A stretch of DNA of 64,000 nucleotides from a bacterium (GCA_023267755.1 JAHFMR010000004.1:8535-72534), one strand, 5' to 3'. Counted from the stretch's first letter, positions 48,647 to 59,540 are shown. Made by a program: numbers and translations. Notes: generated by a model from the sequence alone, not told the origin.

Positions 48647-50388
48647 TGGACAACGAGCGCTCCACCTGGAGAGAGCATCTTCAACGTTCCTGGAACGTTT
48701 CCGCCTGCGACCGAGTGAGTGAGCGCGTACGAGCGTTCTCGAGCGGCGATCGCATCATCTTCTATTCTCTCGCGGCTCTGGTGGGCATCGCAGCGCTCTT
48801 AAGCCTCTATGCTCTCGAGCAATCGCTTCTTATCGAGATCCCTACTTATGGAGGGAGCCTCACCGAGGGGGAGCTCGGGAGCCCGCAATTTATCAATCCG
48901 CTACTCGCCATTAGTGATGCCGACCGCGATCTCGCGACCCTCACCTATGCCGGACTGATGGGCCTCTCGGGTATTGGCGCGCTGGTCCCGGTGCTCGCCG
49001 AGGGATACGATATTTCGCCTGATGGTAAGTCTTATACCTTCACCTTGAGGAAGGGGGTGACCTTCTCAGACGGCTCGCCAGTCACTGCAGACGACATCGT
49101 CTTCACGGTAAAGAAGGCTCAGGACCCCTCTCTGAAGAGCCCGGAGTATGCAGACTGGGCTGGCGTCAATATCGTCGCGGTAGATGCACGCACCGTCCGC
49201 TTCACACTCGCGAAGCCCTACGCGCCGTTTCTCGGACTCACCACGCTCGGCATCCTCCCCGCGCGCCTCTGGCAGAACGTTTCGAGCGGAGAATTCCCTT
49301 TCTCCACACTCGAGACGAGTCCTGTTGGTGCCGGCCCTTTCAAGGTCGCAAGCGTTTCTCGAGACGCGTCTGGACTTATCAAGAGTGTTTCGCTCACCGC
49401 AAATCAGCGCTACGTCCTCGGACGACCGTATCTCGACACTATCAACGTTAATTTCTATTCTCGCACCGAGGATCTCGCGGGAGCACTTGCAAGTAGAGCT
49501 GTCGAGAGTGTGTACGACGTTCCTTCCACCTCGAAGAAACTCACCGCCCCTTATGCGCGCGTCTTCGGTGTATTCTTCAATCCGAGTGAAAAGCAAGTTT
49601 ACGCTCGCACCGAGGTGCGTAAGGCACTCTCGCTCGCGCTCGATCGTGAAAGTATCGTTAAGAACGTTCTCGACGGATATGCGACGCCTATTATGGGGCC
49701 CGTACCGCCCGGCGGCGACGTCAATCAGACTCCTGTGCCGCAATCGGATAATCCGACGGCGACTGCAGCAAAAGTGCTCCAGTCTGCCGGATGGACCTAT
49801 GATGGCGCCGCACGCCTCTGGCAGCTCGCCGCTCCCAAGGGTGCTAAGCAGACGCTCGATCGTGTGACGATACGTACCTCGAACGTACCGGAGCTAAAGA
49901 GTGTCGCGGGCGCGGTGAAGGCCGACTGGGAGAAACTCGGTATTCCGGTAGATATCGAGCTTTATGAGCCGGGCGACCTCTCGCAGAACGTCATCCGTCC
50001 ACGCAAGTATGAGGCTTTGCTTTACGGAATGGTCATCGGCCGCGATCAAGATCTCTACGCCTTCTGGGACTCGCAAGAGCGTAATGATCCGGGACTCAAT
50101 ATCGCACTGTATGCCAACAAGACGGTCGACTCTCTTCTTGAGAGCGCACGCGGCTCTACCGATGACACGCTCCGCACGACGAATCTGCAGAAAATCGAGG
50201 ACGCCGTGTCAGCCGACTACCCAGCTGCGTTCATCTACGCGCCAGACTTCACCTACGCAGTGCCGGAAAACTTGCGTGGTGTTACGCTCCCTCAGATCAT
50301 CATCCCTGCAGATCGCTTCGCCACCGTTGCGTCGTGGTATCGCGTGACTGACGCAGTCTGGCCCTTTTTTGCCCACCTCAATCGTTAA
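48646..50388 (+). CDS. OppA-family peptide-binding protein, membrane anchored
   Basis: INPL, YTFTLR, FSDGSPVTADDIVFT, PVGAGPF, VRKALS. Confidence 0.9.
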   Translation: MDNERSTWREHLQRSWNVSACDRVSERVRAFSSGDRIIFYSLAALVGIAALLSLYALEQSLLIEIPTYGGSLTEGELGSPQFINPLLAISDADRDLATLTYAGLMGLSGIGALVPVLAEGYDISPDGKSYTFTLRKGVTFSDGSPVTADDIVFTVKKAQDPSLKSPEYADWAGVNIVAVDARTVRFTLAKPYAPFLGLTTLGILPARLWQNVSSGEFPFSTLETSPVGAGPFKVASVSRDASGLIKSVSLTANQRYVLGRPYLDTINVNFYSRTEDLAGALASRAVESVYDVPSTSKKLTAPYARVFGVFFNPSEKQVYARTEVRKALSLALDRESIVKNVLDGYATPIMGPVPPGGDVNQTPVPQSDNPTATAAKVLQSAGWTYDGAARLWQLAAPKGAKQTLDRVTIRTSNVPELKSVAGAVKADWEKLGIPVDIELYEPGDLSQNVIRPRKYEALLYGMVIGRDQDLYAFWDSQERNDPGLNIALYANKTVDSLLESARGSTDDTLRTTNLQKIEDAVSADYPAAFIYAPDFTYAVPENLRGVTLPQIIIPADRFATVASWYRVTDAVWPFFAHLNR

Positions 50389-50448
50389 CTATTTTCGTAC
50401 GGGTCTTACATATTATTCATTTTAAAAGCCCGATTAATTAACCAATCT

Positions 50449-52416
50449 ATGAATCCTTCACCAGCACCAGCCCCCGCGCCATCTCCCGCGCCGAGCCGTC
50501 CTCCGAGACGAAGCTCTACTCCTCGTTCACCTCGCCCCGCGAGCGATGAGCATAGTACAAGCACAGGAGAGCGCCCTGCACGCCGCTTCGAGCGTGGCGG
50601 CCGGCCACCGGCCGGCCGCGGCGACGGCGCCGCCCGCCCCGGAAGCGCCACCAGGCGCATTCAGCGCATTCTCCGTCGCCCTTCCTCCAATCCCTCACGC
50701 ACCACACGCACGGCAGACTACTTCCCCGAGCCGGCTGGCCCGACCACGGTCCGCATCATCCCGCTCGGCGGTTCTGAAGAAGTTGGTCGCAATATGATTG
50801 CAATCGAAGTGGGCGCCACCGGCGACATCCTCGTCCTCGATGCCGGCTTCCAGTTCGTCTCCGAAGACGCCTCTCCAGGCGTGGACTACATCCTTCCGAA
50901 CACAAAGTATCTCGAAAAGAATGCGAGCCGTGTCAAAGGCGTCATTATCACCCACGGTCACCTCGACCATATCGGCGGTATTCCCTTCACTCTTCCACGT
51001 TTCGGCACCCCGCCTATCTACACCCAGAATCTGACTTCGATTATGATCCAACGCCGCCAGGAGGAATATCCTGATGTGCCCAAGTCTGAAATGGTCGTTG
51101 TCGAAGTCGGCCAGTCGGTCGTTATCGGCAGCACACGAGTGAAGTTCTTCCCGGTCACGCACTCGATTCCCGACTCGATGGGTGTCTCTATAGAGACCCC
51201 GCAAGGCAACGTCGTCGTCACCGGTGACTTGAAGCTCGACCACGATGACAGCATCCCCTCGGAGAAGGAACAGAAGACGTGGGGCGACCTCGGCAAGGAT
51301 AAGAACATCTTCTTCATCGCCGACTCCACCAACGCGGAGAAGGACGGCTTCTCTATCCCCGAGAAGCGCGTCATCCAGACGCTCGAGGATATCATCAAGA
51401 CAGTCTCCGGCCGTCTTATCATCGGCACCTTCGCCTCGCAGTTCGAGCGTATGATCCACATCATCGAGGTCGCTGAGAAGCTCGGAAAGAAGGTCGTCAC
51501 TGAGGGCCGCTCTATCAAAACGAACCTTGAGATAGCCGAGAAGACCGGCCTCCTGAAGATTAAGAAGGAGACGCTCATCCCCGCCCAGGACATCAGTAAT
51601 TATCCGCCTGATAAGATAGTCATCCTCTCGACCGGTGCACAGGGAGAAGAGTTCGCCGCCCTGATGCGCATCGCGACCAAGCAGCACAAGTACATCACGC
51701 TCTCTGAGCGCGACACAATCGTCCTCTCCTCTTCTGTTATCCCGGGCAACGAGATCTCGGTGCAGAAGCTGAAGGACAATCTCTATCGGCACAACGTCTC
51801 CCTCATTCACTATCGCTCTTCAGACGTGCACTCGACCGGCCACGGCAACACCGGAGAGCTCGTGTGGATTAACAAGCAGGTGCATCCGAACTTCTTTATG
51901 CCCTCCTACGGCTACCGCTCGATGACCGCCTGCCACGCGAAGGCGCTCGAGCAGTCGGGCTTCCCGCGCGAGAACATCATCATCCCAGATAACGGTATCG
52001 TTATTGATATTGAAGACGGCGTGAAGATGAACGTGCATAAGCAGAAGGTCCCTTCGGCACCGATGGTGGTAGACGGCTTCACGATTGGCGATATTCAAGA
52101 GGTCGTGATTCGCGACCGTCAGTCGCTCGCCAAGGACGGTATGTTCGTCATTATCGCGAGCGTCAATCTCAAGACCGGCAAGCTCCGCAAGTCGCCCGAC
52201 ATCATCAGCCGCGGCTTCGTCTACCTGCGCGAGTCGCAGAACCTCCTGAACGAGGGCCGCGTCCTGATTAAGAAGACGATTGAGGATTCAACCCGCAATA
52301 TGAACCCAATTGACCTCGACTATGTGAAGAACAACCTCACTGATGTGATGGCCGGTTTCCTCTTCGCGCGCACCAACAAAGCGCCGATGGTGATTCCCGT
52401 GCTCATAGGGATGTAA
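50449..52416 (+). CDS. rnj: Ribonuclease J
   Basis: PLGG.EEVGRNM, THGHLDHIGG, HSIPD, GAQGE, VHSTGH. Confidence 0.95.
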   Translation: MNPSPAPAPAPSPAPSRPPRRSSTPRSPRPASDEHSTSTGERPARRFERGGRPPAGRGDGAARPGSATRRIQRILRRPSSNPSRTTRTADYFPEPAGPTTVRIIPLGGSEEVGRNMIAIEVGATGDILVLDAGFQFVSEDASPGVDYILPNTKYLEKNASRVKGVIITHGHLDHIGGIPFTLPRFGTPPIYTQNLTSIMIQRRQEEYPDVPKSEMVVVEVGQSVVIGSTRVKFFPVTHSIPDSMGVSIETPQGNVVVTGDLKLDHDDSIPSEKEQKTWGDLGKDKNIFFIADSTNAEKDGFSIPEKRVIQTLEDIIKTVSGRLIIGTFASQFERMIHIIEVAEKLGKKVVTEGRSIKTNLEIAEKTGLLKIKKETLIPAQDISNYPPDKIVILSTGAQGEEFAALMRIATKQHKYITLSERDTIVLSSSVIPGNEISVQKLKDNLYRHNVSLIHYRSSDVHSTGHGNTGELVWINKQVHPNFFMPSYGYRSMTACHAKALEQSGFPRENIIIPDNGIVIDIEDGVKMNVHKQKVPSAPMVVDGFTIGDIQEVVIRDRQSLAKDGMFVIIASVNLKTGKLRKSPDIISRGFVYLRESQNLLNEGRVLIKKTIEDSTRNMNPIDLDYVKNNLTDVMAGFLFARTNKAPMVIPVLIGM

Positions 52417-52424
52417 AGTCTACA

Positions 52425-52462
52425 AAAAAGCGCGCCCCCGCTCTGCTGGGGCGCGCTTTTTT
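52425..52462 (+). terminator. Terminator after rnj
   Basis: AAAAAGCGCGCCCC...GGGGCGCGCTTTTT. Confidence 0.78.
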
Positions 52463-52482
52463 ATGTTATCGTTCTGAGTATT

Positions 52483-53640
52483 ATGCGACCGCGCATTATT
52501 CTTTTTGTCGCGAACTTCTTCTTCTCGATATTCTCGACGCTCCTTGTCTATCTCCTTCTCCCCTACCTCTCCACGCTCATCCCCGAGACATCCACCGGTA
52601 TCGTTATAGCGTTCGGCGGCCTCGCGGCGCTCCTCGTCTTCCCCTTCCTGCCGCGCCTTGTCGCGCGCTATGGCGCACAGGAGCTCACGCTCGTTTTCGC
52701 TATTGCCGAGATGATTGCTCTCTTCGCACTCGCGACAGCGCCCGGCGTCGCAGTGGTGGGGATACTCTGCATCGCTCTCACGGTCGCTCTGGAGCCCTTC
52801 ATCGCCTACGAGCTCGACCTCCTCCTCGAAGCCACTGGCGCTGAAGAGGGCTCGGCGGGACGTGTGCGCTCCCTCTTCCTCACTGCGTGGAATATCGGCG
52901 TCTTCACCGCGCCGCTCATTATCGGGGCATTGCTCGATAGTACAAACGATTACGGCCGCGGATTCTTCGCCGCCGCCATCGTCCTCATCCCCTTTGTCGT
53001 TCTCTTTGCGGTGCGCAATCTCCCCAAGGGGGCTGCCCCCAAGACTGCCCACCTGCGAGACACACTCGTTTGTATCTCACACGATCGCGACCTCTCCGCT
53101 GTCACGATCTGCCACCAGATACTCTGGCTCTTCTACGTCTGGGCACCTTTCTATGTCCCGGTGTACCTCCACACCGAACTCGGGATGCCGTGGTCGAGTC
53201 TTGGCTGGATGTTCTCGGTGATGCTTATCCCGTATGTGCTCCTCGAGTACCCGGCCGGGTGGGTAGCCGACCGTTTTATCGGCGATAAGGAGATGATGTT
53301 TGTGGGCTTCCTTATCGCGGGCGGCGCACTCGCCGCAATCAGCCTCATCTCTGCGAGCACCCCACTCTTCATCATCCTTATCATCCTGCTCGCCTCGCGC
53401 GCGGGTGCCGCCCTCATCGAGAGCACCACCGAGGGGCACTTCTTCCGTCGCGTCTCAGCACAAGATATTAACTCGATGAGCATCTTCCGCGCATCATGGC
53501 CGCTCTCCTACGTTGTTGCACCTATCATCGCCAGTATCATCCTCTCCGTAAGCAGCTACCACGTGTTCTTTCTCCTGGCAGGTGGCTTTATTGCCCTCGC
53601 TGGCGCCGGCACAACGCTTCTTATCAAAGATTTTCGCTAG
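52483..53640 (+). CDS. MFS transporter
   Basis: About 12 TMs; GWVADRFIG loop motif. Confidence 0.85.
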   Translation: MRPRIILFVANFFFSIFSTLLVYLLLPYLSTLIPETSTGIVIAFGGLAALLVFPFLPRLVARYGAQELTLVFAIAEMIALFALATAPGVAVVGILCIALTVALEPFIAYELDLLLEATGAEEGSAGRVRSLFLTAWNIGVFTAPLIIGALLDSTNDYGRGFFAAAIVLIPFVVLFAVRNLPKGAAPKTAHLRDTLVCISHDRDLSAVTICHQILWLFYVWAPFYVPVYLHTELGMPWSSLGWMFSVMLIPYVLLEYPAGWVADRFIGDKEMMFVGFLIAGGALAAISLISASTPLFIILIILLASRAGAALIESTTEGHFFRRVSAQDINSMSIFRASWPLSYVVAPIIASIILSVSSYHVFFLLAGGFIALAGAGTTLLIKDFR

Positions 53641-54473
53641 TCGGCGAGGGCATAGTTCGAGCCTTCTTTTTTTATCAACCCTTCGGTGAAGAGGGCGCGG
53701 AGCGCTTCACGCATCTGTGCGCGACGAGTGTCGCCAAGCAGGTTGGCGAGACGCGTCGAAGAGGTCGCTCCCTGGGAGAGTTCGCGGAGGATAGCGCCAC
53801 GTGCCTCGCGAAGCGAGCCGGTAAAGGCCGGCTGCTTCGTGTAGGTCACGCTCTTGGAGTTATGCGAGATACCCGAGCGCTTGAGCGATGCACCGTAGTC
53901 CATCAGCGCGCTATACCACTCGCGCGCCTTCCCTTTCGGCAAAACTCGCTGCAACACTTCTTCAATCTCTTCATCGCGCACGTCCTCCTTATCGGCGAAA
54001 AAATGCTGGATGATAGCGGTGCGGATATTGGTCTCGACGAAAACGACATTTTCATTAAGCGCGAAGGCGGCGACCGCGCGCGCAGTGTAGGGACCCACGC
54101 CCGGCAATTTCTCGAGCTCCTCGACTGAGAGTGTCTTCTTCCCCACTAACTCTTTTGCTGCAGAATGCAGCGTCTTCGCGCGACGATTGTAGCCAAGCCC
54201 CTGCCACGTAGTGAGTACCTCGGCGAGCGGCGCAGCAGCAAGCTTCTTCGCTGTTGGAAATTTCTTAATGAAGGATTGATAAAACGGGATTACTCGCTCT
54301 ACTTGCGTCTGCTGGAGCATCACCTCTGATACGAGAATCTTGTACGGGTCCTGTGTTGCCCTCCACGGGAGCGTATGCCGTCCGTGCTTCTTGTAATACG
54401 CCCAGACGACCCTACGGAAGTGTGCGACCGTCACCGACGGCTCGTTCACCCGCAATTTGACTGTTGCTGTCAT
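53637..54473 (-). CDS. mutY: Short MutY-like A/G-specific adenine glycosylase
   Basis: LPWR, VSEVMLQQTQV, WQGLGYNRRA, LPGVGPYTA; no Fe-S cysteines. Confidence 0.85.
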   Translation of the reverse strand: MTATVKLRVNEPSVTVAHFRRVVWAYYKKHGRHTLPWRATQDPYKILVSEVMLQQTQVERVIPFYQSFIKKFPTAKKLAAAPLAEVLTTWQGLGYNRRAKTLHSAAKELVGKKTLSVEELEKLPGVGPYTARAVAAFALNENVVFVETNIRTAIIQHFFADKEDVRDEEIEEVLQRVLPKGKAREWYSALMDYGASLKRSGISHNSKSVTYTKQPAFTGSLREARGAILRELSQGATSSTRLANLLGDTRRAQMREALRALFTEGLIKKEGSNYALAD

Positions 54474-54488
54474 AATCCTTATCTTAGC

Positions 54489-55148
54489 TTATTTCGCTTT
54501 CGGCCAGCGAGCGGCGGCGGGCGGATAGAGCTTGGTGAGCGGGTGGAGCGCGCAGTCATGCGGACGCGCCGGGCAGACATAGCGGCCGTAGAGTACGAGC
54601 CCGTTGTTCACGTATTTCCAGTCTTTTTTCGGAATGAGCGCCTCAAGGTCTTTTGAAATCTTCTTCAGGTCATCATTGTCAGTGAGGTCAAAGCGCTTCG
54701 CGAAGCGCTTGACGTGTGTATCGGTAGCGATACCCTCCCACCTGTCAAAGAGCTCACCGAGGACCACGTGCGCCGTCTTGTAGCCCACCCCAGGCAACGA
54801 GACCAAATCCGTCTCGTTGCGGGGCACGCGCCCATAAAAATGGTTTTCCACGAGCTTTGCGGCGCCGATAATCGCCTTCGCTTTATTTCTAAAAAATGGC
54901 ACCGATGAAATTTCTTTCGTAAAAGTCTGCGGCTTGGTCCCTGCAAAGTTGCGGACGGTCTTATATTTCTTAAAGAGCGTTGCGGTCAGCTTATTCACCG
55001 CTTTGTCCGTACATTGCGCCGAGAGAATCACCGCTACGACAAATTGGAAAGGTGTTTGGTACATAAGCTCGCTTTTCGGCTCCGGATACACCTTTTTCAA
55101 GTACGCGACTATCTTCTTAGCGCGCAACGCGCGCTCAACGACGCTCAT
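54489..55148 (-). CDS. nth: Endonuclease III
   Basis: VILSAQCTD, LPGVGYKTA, TDTHVKR. Confidence 0.92.
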   Translation of the reverse strand: MSVVERALRAKKIVAYLKKVYPEPKSELMYQTPFQFVVAVILSAQCTDKAVNKLTATLFKKYKTVRNFAGTKPQTFTKEISSVPFFRNKAKAIIGAAKLVENHFYGRVPRNETDLVSLPGVGYKTAHVVLGELFDRWEGIATDTHVKRFAKRFDLTDNDDLKKISKDLEALIPKKDWKYVNNGLVLYGRYVCPARPHDCALHPLTKLYPPAAARWPKAK

Positions 55149-56311
55149 ATGAGCTCTGTCTCGTGTTCGTTGTGCGGAAATGCAAAACGGAAGAAGAGCT
55201 GCAAGAACGCCCCTACCAAGAAGAGCGCGAGCATCGTCACCGCGAGGAGCCCGATGACCGGCACAAGCGATACGAGCGAGAGCGCGAGCATACCAAGCAC
55301 GCCGTCGCGCCACAGCACTGCTGTGCGTCGGGTGAAGCGTCTTGCGAAGACACTCCCGAGAAGAATGCCTGCGTACAGGAAAGAAATCAGGAGGAGGAAT
55401 GCGTAGATGATGCACAGAAAGAGCGCGAGCCAGATTCCGACAAAGGTGAGCAGGAGCAGGAGAATAAGGACTGGTGTCGCCACCGAGATCCCGAAGCCTA
55501 AGAGCATCGTGAGTAGCGTGTCGCGCGGACGTCCGCTATATACACGTTCAGTGAGTTGCTCGGCGAGTCGGGGGAAGAGGCCAGCGAGCAATCCAGCGAG
55601 GATAAGCGCCCCGAGAACACGCACAAAGAGGAAAAGCCCGACACTCAAGAGCGCGAGCGTGCGCGACGTGCCTGCGTCAGGCAGGTACGAAGCGTTCGTA
55701 TACTCAACGCCGCCGTCTATTATCGCCGAGCTAGGAATTGTCGTCGCCTCAGGCGCCTCGTATGAGAGCTTCCCGCGAATCGTTGTGCCCTCGCCGACAG
55801 AGACGTGTCCCGTTGCGACCACTCTCACATCGCCAGAGAACTCACCCGCCAATGCAACATTGTTACCATATACCGTGACGGGGCCGGACGCTCCATCCTC
55901 AACACTCGTATTCACCGCGACGATAAATATGTTCCCCCAGACGCGGTTTGCAACGCGAACCGAATAGCCCAGGGCGGCGAGGTCACCAGTGACGGGTCCT
56001 TCGAGAAGGATGCTGCCCCCCATAGCACGTAGATCCCCGGCCACTGATGAGCGCGAGTTTATCGAGCCAGCGAGGAGGAGCCCATCGCCCGCTATCGGAG
56101 CCGCCGAAATGATTGAGCCACCAAGGATAGAAAGGTCGCCCGCAACGGGAGCGGTGCTCACGACCGAGAGGCCGGCGAAGTAGGCATTCCCGGGAGAAGA
56201 GCTTGCGACGACGAGCGAACGGCCGACAGAGAAAGAGGCAGGAACGTGTGCAGCAGAAACGCCCGTCGGTGCGAGAACGAGGACGAGGAGTGTAAGAAAG
56301 ATATTTCGCAT
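55145..56311 (-). CDS. Membrane protein with a bactofilin-like beta-repeat region
   Basis: Signal peptide, repeated V.GDL...G units, five to six C-terminal TMs. Confidence 0.72.
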   Translation of the reverse strand: MRNIFLTLLVLVLAPTGVSAAHVPASFSVGRSLVVASSSPGNAYFAGLSVVSTAPVAGDLSILGGSIISAAPIAGDGLLLAGSINSRSSVAGDLRAMGGSILLEGPVTGDLAALGYSVRVANRVWGNIFIVAVNTSVEDGASGPVTVYGNNVALAGEFSGDVRVVATGHVSVGEGTTIRGKLSYEAPEATTIPSSAIIDGGVEYTNASYLPDAGTSRTLALLSVGLFLFVRVLGALILAGLLAGLFPRLAEQLTERVYSGRPRDTLLTMLLGFGISVATPVLILLLLLTFVGIWLALFLCIIYAFLLLISFLYAGILLGSVFARRFTRRTAVLWRDGVLGMLALSLVSLVPVIGLLAVTMLALFLVGAFLQLFFRFAFPHNEHETELI

Positions 56312-56317
56312 AGTGTG

Positions 56318-56815
56318 CTACGCCGTCGGCGGCATCGGCAAACTTCCCTTCTGAAGTTCTTGAGCCAACGACGGGGGCGGGAGACCTTTCTTCCATCCTG
56401 ATACCGGCTCGATAAGACTCGCGAACACGAGAACGACGAGTTCGATGAGGGCCGAAGCAAAGCAGTAGATGCAGAAGGCGTTGATGACAAATATCTGCAG
56501 GAAGGTGAAATAGAGCGAGGAAATAAACCCGAAAACGGCAGCAATCTGGAGCAGACGGCGGAGAAAACGATCGAAAAGCGCGAGTTCAAGTGCCGCTAGG
56601 ATGAAAAGAACACTGTAAAAAAAGACACCGTACTCGGCAAGCGGAATGCCGAAGAGTCGAGAGTACGCGCTTTGTGCGACGAGATTGCATCCGGAGAGAT
56701 TCTGGATATTGCAGATAAGCGGCGTTCCTGCCACTTCATTCTGGGTAAGATAGAGCGAATCTGCGAGGCCGCAGAAAGCGAGGATGAGGATGAAAACCAC
56801 TCCGAGACGCTTCAT
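56318..56815 (-). CDS. Vitamin K epoxide reductase-family protein
   Basis: C..C loop, S.YSRLFGIPL, CIYC active site. Confidence 0.92.
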   Translation of the reverse strand: MKRLGVVFILILAFCGLADSLYLTQNEVAGTPLICNIQNLSGCNLVAQSAYSRLFGIPLAEYGVFFYSVLFILAALELALFDRFLRRLLQIAAVFGFISSLYFTFLQIFVINAFCIYCFASALIELVVLVFASLIEPVSGWKKGLPPPSLAQELQKGSLPMPPTA

Positions 56816-56883
56816 AGGCCTAGGATACGCGTCTCTCCATCCAAGTGCAAATGAGGAAAAAGCTGATACCATAAGCGGTACCG

Positions 56884-57510
56884 ATGTCTGAGTCCTCTCC
56901 ATTTCTCGCTCACTTGATCGGCGGCGCCTTAGGCAGCTATCTTCTCCTCGCGTTCGCGATTATCATTGCGACTTTCATTCTTGAAGACACCACCGTCGTT
57001 ATTGTCGGCCTCCTCGCCGCCGATGGGACGATCCCGTTGCCGCTCGCCCTCGGCTCCCTCTATACCGGCATCATTCTCGGTGATATCACGATGTACTCCA
57101 TCGGCTATTTCGCGAGCACCCATCCGCGTCTCGGCCGATATGTGAATCACGATTTCATCGCTCCATTCCGTGCGTGGCTAGAGAATCGATTCATCTTGAC
57201 CGTGTTCTCGGCGCGCTTCATCCCCGGCTCGCGCATCCCGGCCTACACCGCGAGCGGCTTCTTCCGTTCCTCATTCTCTACCTTCCTCCTGACTGTCATC
57301 GCCGCCACCTCTGTCTGGACCACCTTTCTCTTCACTATCTCCTTTCTCTTCGGCAGTCTGACCACGCAGTGGATGCGAGAAATACGCTGGGGAATCGCCT
57401 TCGTCGTGCTTGCTGCTCTCTTCCTTATCGCACGGCACAATATCCACGCCTATCTCGCTAAGAAGGAAGCGACGGATATCGCCGTCGATACTCATACGAC
57501 GTCAGAATAA
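56884..57510 (+). CDS. DedA/VTT-family membrane protein
   Basis: LED, LGD...Y.IG, ARFIPG.R. Confidence 0.88.
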   Translation: MSESSPFLAHLIGGALGSYLLLAFAIIIATFILEDTTVVIVGLLAADGTIPLPLALGSLYTGIILGDITMYSIGYFASTHPRLGRYVNHDFIAPFRAWLENRFILTVFSARFIPGSRIPAYTASGFFRSSFSTFLLTVIAATSVWTTFLFTISFLFGSLTTQWMREIRWGIAFVVLAALFLIARHNIHAYLAKKEATDIAVDTHTTSE

Positions 57511-57958
57511 GCACCGAGAAGTCGAACACGGCAAGCGCTTGTAGAAAGAGGTCCCCGAGTACGAAGCCTCGATACGCTTCATACATACCGAAAAGAGCGA
57601 GCGCCCCCATAAAGAGCGGATACGCGATGCGCTTCCCTGCGAAGATGCCCATCACGAGCACCACCTTTATCGCACCGTGAAGCACGAGATAGAGCGCGAG
57701 CAGATAGTGCGTATGCACGGTAAACGTCTGCGCCGCACTCCGAATAATGTTTGTGATGACATCACCCGGGTCTTGGGCTATCTCGCCGCTCGTCGTGAAT
57801 TCGACAATCTTCAAGATGAACGCCGGCGGTACGAGGAGGATAAGGACAGCCCCGAGAATCTCGAGTGCGCCATTGACCGCTTTCAGCAGGAGGGCTAAGT
57901 CGAAGAACCAGAGAATATCCTTCTCCTGTTCTTCTTTATTGCTAGGGAGAATATCCAT
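57458..57958 (-). CDS. DUF2127-like membrane protein
   Basis: LKAVNGALE, YLVLHGAIK, AYP, EYRR. Confidence 0.75.
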   Translation of the reverse strand: MDILPSNKEEQEKDILWFFDLALLLKAVNGALEILGAVLILLVPPAFILKIVEFTTSGEIAQDPGDVITNIIRSAAQTFTVHTHYLLALYLVLHGAIKVVLVMGIFAGKRIAYPLFMGALALFGMYEAYRGFVLGDLFLQALAVFDFSVLILTSYEYRRRYPSLPS

Positions 57959-57971
57959 CTCCCGTAGCGTA

Positions 57972-58505
57972 TCACGCCACGCGAGCAGCCAACACCTCGA
58001 GTGCCTTCGCGAGCGATGCTTTCGTCGCCTCGTCGGTCAGACTCCCTGCGCCGTCGAAGAGTTCCTGTGCGGGACCGAGATAGAGCTCGGGCTGCCCCAC
58101 GAGCTGCGTGTCCAGATAGTTCAGTATCTGTCGCAAGTGGCTCTGCGCGACCGCAGTGCCGAGCTTCCCTACCGAGACGCCCATAAGAAGCACCGGCTTA
58201 CCCGCAAACGAGTTCTGTCCCCATGGACGGCTCGCCCAATCGATAGCGTTCTTAAGCACCCCCGGGATTGAACGGTTGTATTCTGGCGTCGCGATAATGA
58301 CACCATCGGCTGCCTCAATCGCGTCTTTAAGCGCCTGTGCTGTCGCGGGGAACGCTGCCTCGCTCTCCTGATTGAAGAGCGGGAGCGCGCTGATGTCCGC
58401 GATGGTAATCGTCATCCCCTCAGGTGCGAGCGCTGGCAGAGCACGTAGAAGTGCCGTGTTAAAAGAATCCTTCCTCAAGCTGCCTGAAATTGCGATGATG
58501 TTCAT
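57972..58505 (-). CDS. NAD(P)H-dependent FMN reductase
   Basis: SGSLRKDSFN, TPEYNRSIPGVLKNAIDW. Confidence 0.93.
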   Translation of the reverse strand: MNIIAISGSLRKDSFNTALLRALPALAPEGMTITIADISALPLFNQESEAAFPATAQALKDAIEAADGVIIATPEYNRSIPGVLKNAIDWASRPWGQNSFAGKPVLLMGVSVGKLGTAVAQSHLRQILNYLDTQLVGQPELYLGPAQELFDGAGSLTDEATKASLAKALEVLAARVA

Positions 58506-58598
58506 TGTTTATTTTTGAATGGCTAACGTAGTTTGAATATACACGGCTTCGGAAATGACACTTCTGTGGATAGTCTTCCGGCGTATATACTAGGCGAT

Positions 58599-59519
58599 AT
58601 GTCCACCCGCCTCAGCCGTGCTCTCGTTGCACTCGTCTTCGCGCTCGCCGCGGGCGGCGCGGGGTATACACTCGGAAACGATAGTGCTCCCAGACAGGTC
58701 GCAAGTGTCGCGATACCAGTACAGACCGTCACTGTGCCACTTACTGGCACTACTCGTGTCATATACAGTCTTGATCAGAAACGTAATGATAAAGAGCTTA
58801 TTGCGCTCATCGACGCGGCGAAGACGCATATCTATTTTGCTATCTACGAATTCACACTCAAGGATGTCGCCGATGCACTCGTGGCGGCCAAGAAACGCGG
58901 TGTCGAGGTCCGCGGGCTCGTCGACGCCGGTGAGAGTGCTAAGAGCTACGATAAGCCGATTATGAACGAGCTTGCTACTGCCGGTATTCCTATCGAAACA
59001 CAGAAGCACGCGAGTGGTAATGGCATTATGCATATCAAGCTTCTCGTCACCGACTCGGCGTATGCACTCGGAAGCTACAACTGGACCAGCTCCGCGACAA
59101 ACGTGAACGATGAGATTCTCGAAATAGGCACCGACCCAGGTCTCCGGCAGGCATATGAGAATATCCTGACGAGACTACTCGATGCCTACAAGGGCAACAG
59201 CGTGGCCGCGGGAGCGGCCACGAATATTTCTATCGGCACTATCGATTATACTGAAGCCGCTAAACACATCGGCGCTACCGCGAGCGTGCGCGGCACGCTC
59301 GTCGAGGCCTATACCTCGGCGAGCGGAACGGTCTTCCTCGATTTCTGTAAGAGCTACAAGACCTGCCCTTTCTCGGGTGTCATCTTCGCTGACGATGTAA
59401 AAGCATTTGGCGACCTCTCTTCCCTCGCCGGCAAGACTATCACCCTCACCGGCTCCATCTCCTCCTATCAAGGTAAAGCCGAGATCGTCCTCTCCGACCC
59501 GAGCCAGCTCACAAAATAG
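58599..59519 (+). CDS. Exported PLD-family nuclease with a C-terminal OB-fold-like domain
   Basis: Signal/TM, single MHIKLLVTD...GSYNWT...NDE motif, then a beta-rich domain. Confidence 0.85.
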   Translation: MSTRLSRALVALVFALAAGGAGYTLGNDSAPRQVASVAIPVQTVTVPLTGTTRVIYSLDQKRNDKELIALIDAAKTHIYFAIYEFTLKDVADALVAAKKRGVEVRGLVDAGESAKSYDKPIMNELATAGIPIETQKHASGNGIMHIKLLVTDSAYALGSYNWTSSATNVNDEILEIGTDPGLRQAYENILTRLLDAYKGNSVAAGAATNISIGTIDYTEAAKHIGATASVRGTLVEAYTSASGTVFLDFCKSYKTCPFSGVIFADDVKAFGDLSSLAGKTITLTGSISSYQGKAEIVLSDPSQLTK

Positions 59520-59540
59520 ATTGAGTGATAAAATCATCGT

